Below are positions 60,025 to 64,000 of a stretch of DNA of 64,000 bases, piece after piece. Position 1 is the first letter of the stretch, and the number at the start of each line of letters is the position of its first letter. The position numbers and the translations under genes were made by a program. The stretch is from Amoeboaphelidium protococcarum X5 (lineage: Eukaryota > Fungi > Aphelidiomycota): the NCBI GenBank assembly GCA_023515725.1, contig JALDTO010000098.1, positions 1,514,164-1,578,163 on the forward strand, given 5' to 3'. The notes beneath the pieces are model-generated. The model was not told the DNA's origin. It saw only the letters and a list, made by a program, of their open reading frames with translations, and made no database searches.

Positions 60025-60780
60025 TCAATCATCCTTTACATGCTTCGACGCAACCAGAGACAAGTATCCGTTCCATCCAATTGCCACAGTATTAACTAAG
60101 AGCAATCTATAACTACATCCGATAAACACTAATAATGAATTCAGATCAATTTATACAGGATATCTACAAAATAATTAAACTTACTTTAGAGGCACGAAAT
60201 AAAAGTTGATTAATTGTACAAATGGCCAGATCTACACACAATGTGATTATAAAAGATTCGCTACGACGGTATATACAGATCTAATTACTTGATAGTTGGC
60301 GAGAAGAGCTTTAGGATACTGCTCAGATACCGCTTTACTCGCAGCATCAGATGTTTTGTACGCGCTCTTGTCAGTGAACGCCATATAATTAAAGAATATG
60401 TATAGGAAGCATGGTGCAAATGCAAATTAATCCAGAGCGACCCTGGTAGCAGTGACTAAAGACTAATTTCTACCAGCCATCACAACATTTCGATCAAGCC
60501 AGCGATACCACGCAAACGTCGCAGGTCCCTACACTGTGAATAAAATGCAAGTATTAATCATACCGGCAAAATTAAGAGTAAATCTTACAGCAACAAAGAA
60601 ACCGTACGCCGTCATGCGAAGAGTTCTGATATAATCATATTTCTATTCGGGCTTTCCTAATAGAAGCGGATTGTAAACTTTCTGTGCCATAACATCACCA
60701 GTGGCAAACAGTACTCCCGCTGTGGCCATCTATGTAGTATACGGATACTATTACAAAACTCTCTAATACCACCGAATCAT
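60025..60780 (-). CDS. SYM1: Mpv17/PMP22 family protein SYM1 (introns 60529-60588, 60232-60288, 60113-60184)
   Basis: TGDVMAQ, VALDQFAFAP, NYQ|IWPFVQLINFYFVP, WNGYLS; three GT-AG introns preserve the frame. Confidence 0.88.
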
Positions 60781-60969
60781 ATTATTGCTATATTATACTA
60801 AAACAAATATCGTTCTGCTTGTATACGTTATTGCAATTGAAGTAGAGAATCTATCATCATAAATCAGCGATCTCTCTTCTTTTAGCTGTAGCTTAGAACG
60901 CGCGAACGACGAGAGATCAAATATACAATATATTAGAGCTTTAGTCCAAGATCAACAACAACATTCAAG

Positions 60970-61824
60970 ATGGCGGACGTTGATGACATGGACTTTGCAC
61001 TTCCGTAAGATTAGATTATTAATGATGCTGTTCAAGAAGACTCAAAATAGCCCGTTCAGCCGCAAGTTAATTTGGATGAATGGAAACAGGCGTGGATGTT
61101 GTATCCTGCCTACTTTGACACCAGACTGTCTGTCGCTGATGGTCGTCGTGTACCTCTAAACATTTCTCCATACTTATGTACGCGTCTGGACAAGAATTTA
61201 TTTTAGAAGGGTGATGACGATGCGAGCAATTTAGGTGAGATTGTAGAATCAGATAGAGGTGTTGGATATGGCGTGCCTATAACTTGTTGGCACATCGCGG
61301 ATGCACTTAGCTTACTCTCGCCGCGACCAGAAGTCCTGGTAGAAGAAGGTAAGAGGTACAGCAAGCACTTCTTTGGCTTTGGGAGAGTTCGCGTCAAGTT
61401 GAATTAGTAGCAGATGGGCGCCACCACTTATTATTATTAGTGGAATGGACAATAGTACACGGTGAAGAGTAAGAAGTAGCTGCTGTATGCCGTGGCTAGA
61501 TTAGTTCCAAAGATTTAAAAGATGTAAGTTGAACATTTGAGATCAGCTGCTGCATAGTAAGGCATTCCACCGCACGCCTATGAGTTCCCTATTGATGCTG
61601 AACTATTTCCATTCAGTCGCGATGCTAGTCTAACCAATTATCTGCGTCTACACTATGGTGCATTGCCAAGATTTGATTTTGGTGATAATGAACCATCTGC
61701 ATAGAGTGGAAGCAGTAAGAGTTAAGCACTGCCCTCTGCTGGTTCATCATCATCATCATCTGGTAGTCAGAGTAATAGTCAGAAGGCTTCTTAATAGAAA
61801 AAGAAGAATAAAAAGAAACGATGA
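60970..61824 (+). CDS. SEC65: Signal recognition particle subunit SRP19/Sec65
   Basis: DVDDMDFALP, LYPAYFDTRLSVADGRRVP, GRVRVKL, KSKKQLL, basic tail. Confidence 0.88.
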
Positions 61825-61913
61825 TATTGACATGGGATATTGGAATATAAGTCTTCTTTTTGATTATATAGTGCTTTCACGTTTAAGTGAGTAAACATAC
61901 ACCCACAATAAGA

Positions 61914-62408
61914 TCAACCCAAGAACTTTTCACCAAAGTCGTGACCATCGTGGAATACTTTACCCTATCTTAGACGTTCGTGGTACACCTGCTCAAGTCC
62001 AGGTGCAGCCTCATATATCTCTTCAGGAGTCAGTTGGTCATAGTGGGCCAGATTCTTGATGCTATCCAAATCCTTCTTGAATCCACTGACGGCAGCCTTG
62101 ACACTCTCCACAGTCTCCTTGGCTCTCTGCACAGCGTCCCCCTCCTAAGCATCCAGATCATTGAGCACTGAGGATACATCAGCCTTCTTCGGCTAGAATG
62201 CACCAACTTCCTTCAGCACACTCTGCAGTACACTGACTCCCTCATCGCTCTTCAGTAGCTGCTTATAGCGCTCCATGTCCACAGCAGGAACAGGAGTAGA
62301 AATAACACGCTCCAACTCCATTTATCTGTTCCTGATGGCACTCAGGGCCTCAAAATCAGACTGACTTAGAATAGCTCTAGCCTTTCCCAAATCCAATGCT
62401 CTTTTCAT
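61914..62408 (-). CDS. ATP7: Mitochondrial ATP synthase subunit d, 164 aa
   Basis: PAVDMERYKQLL, LDSIKNLAHYDQLTPEEIYEAAP, RLRQGK. Confidence 0.78.
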
Positions 62409-62738
62409 CTTTTATTTATTACTACTATGAACTTTATCTAATTCAATGAATATATAAATCGGTCAAATAGCCGTTCAAATGGAAAGGAAAGAATTTCTCA
62501 TTCGAAATCGCTCGTTCTCTCTCTCGTCGTTCTCTGCCCGCTCGCTCATCGAAGAAAGCGCGAAATTGCAACAGTGAAGCGTTCAAAGCGCATTTTCTCT
62601 TTCTCTCTCTCTCTCTCTGTCTCTTCTTTCAGTTGAGAGAAACCGGCTCTTCACGCGTTTCTTCTTATTCTTGTTCTGTCACAGTCTCAATCATTCAAGG
62701 AGTTTACTGAATCTGTACCACTAGCAGGATTAATAGGG

Positions 62739-64000
62739 ATGAAACTGACAGGTCAGTGGAAGAGATTGTGTTCCGGGGAAGAGCTGAGGCTGGATCTCAC
62801 TTGTGTTACTGGTTAGTCATTTAGATGGAATAAGAGCAGTAGTCGCACATTTTCCACAGATATTAGTGGTCGCATATTCACACTGTATTAGAATATGCAG
62901 TCAGAAGACAAGAGTGTTTATTATTGGCATCACACATCCACCCTCTCCGTCAATAATAACGCGTAGCTTAAACCAGTAGTAGTCAGGAGTAATGAATAAA
63001 TTCTGAGAGATTACTTTCAATTGGATGTTGTTATGAGTGCTCTATACCGCAAATGGATCTAGAATGAAAAGCTGTTTTATAGTTTGAGTTTGAATTGTAA
63101 TATTGAAGATAAAGTAGAATTGAATAAGATTACTACAGCTCCATAGTAGTAGTATAACTTTGAGAAGAAATTCACAGCCATCAACTTGCAGGGCCTGCGT
63201 ATACTCAAGATTGATCCATTCGAGTGTCTACTCTCGTTCATATGCTCCTCCAACAATGGAATCCCACGTATCACTCAGATGGTGAGCAAATTATCTATGG
63301 GATTTGGTATCGGTTTAGGATATGTCAAAGATAATTACCACCTGTCAATGTGCGCTGAGAGTGATGATGACCGCGATGTTCTTCTTAAGTTGGCTAATTT
63401 CTTTGAGCAGAAGATTTTCTTTGCCTTTCCATAATCTGCTGAATTTTGTCAACCATTGGATAAAGTGGAAGCTGCTTTACGTGATTTAGGATTCGGATAT
63501 CGAGCCAAGTATATTGTCAATACGTGTCAGTCTTTGTTATAACTTTGCTAAACTCAAGGAGTTGAATTGTCTCAATTGCTTCTCAGTTATTATTGTCCAA
63601 GTGATGCAAAGTTATATCAAGAATCTTATGAAAGGACTAAATCGTTTCTTGTTGATAATTTTCAAGGTGTTGGACCTAAAGTTGCAGATTGTGTAATGCT
63701 ATTCTCTCTTGGATTCTATGATGCTGTGCCTGTGGATACTCATGTGCTTTAGATTGCTTAGCGTGATTACCGCTATCCCAAGATCAAGTCTGTTACGCCT
63801 ACACATTATCTGGGCATTCAGAAGCTATTCAAATCTGTATTTGGAGATTATTGTGGATGGGCTCACTCTGTTCTGTTTGTCGCCAATCTCAAGTGGAATC
63901 ATCTCTCCATCAATCAGGATGGTTACCAGTTGCAATAAGGAACTAAGCGCCTGGCTGATGGCGTGAGTTCTGAACAAGTTGTTGATTCCAAGTCCGCTGA
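62739..64000 (+). CDS. OGG1: 8-oxoguanine DNA glycosylase (3' end runs past the window)
   Basis: LRLDLTCVTG(TAG=Q)SFRW, FECLLSFICSSNN, LGFGYRAKY, GVGPKVADC...VPVDTHV. Confidence 0.95.

Noticed and set aside
62500-62640. CT/GA-rich tracts in divergent promoters (also ~10060-10320 and ~47015-47040) as specific regulatory sites
   Set aside because: Plausible promoter elements, but low-complexity and not assignable from sequence alone.

Overview
Gene-dense eukaryotic nuclear DNA with few, short introns and a non-standard code: TAA/TAG = Gln and TGA is the only stop. The supplied standard-code ORF track is therefore fragmented, and all coordinates here come from manual re-translation. Fungal-type gene content plus TAR=Gln points to an aphelid such as Amoeboaphelidium (inference). 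Two blocks of housekeeping genes flank an accessory island. The left block (0.4-27.1 kb) holds RhoGEF, a CHD6-9-type remodeller, rhomboid, NUXM, Sec7-PH, MCM6, a crotonase, Myb, an oxalate-CoA ligase, tRNA-Val and 2 MFS transporters. The right block (45.2-64 kb) holds ABCD4, VWA8, tRNA-Val, QCR8, a PAF-AH-like hydrolase, DUF1279, oligopeptidase B, SYM1, SRP19, ATP7 and OGG1. The ~17.5 kb island (27.4-45.0 kb) is a patchwork of transposon pieces, pseudogenes, effector-like nuclease/peptidase genes and a 2-kb duplication. Top lead 1: the island opens with the N-terminus of a FEN1/XPG-like PIN nuclease and closes, on the same strand, with a TnpB/Fanzor-like RuvC-III end (YHRDIMAAEN...R[P]KYL) followed by a structured non-coding segment. 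This suggests a split PIN-Fanzor RNA-guided element wrapped around cargo. Top lead 2: a Myb gene's TGA overlaps the ATG of a peroxisomal crotonase (TGATG), inside a compact peroxisomal CoA-metabolism cluster. No searches were run; family calls rest on motif recognition.
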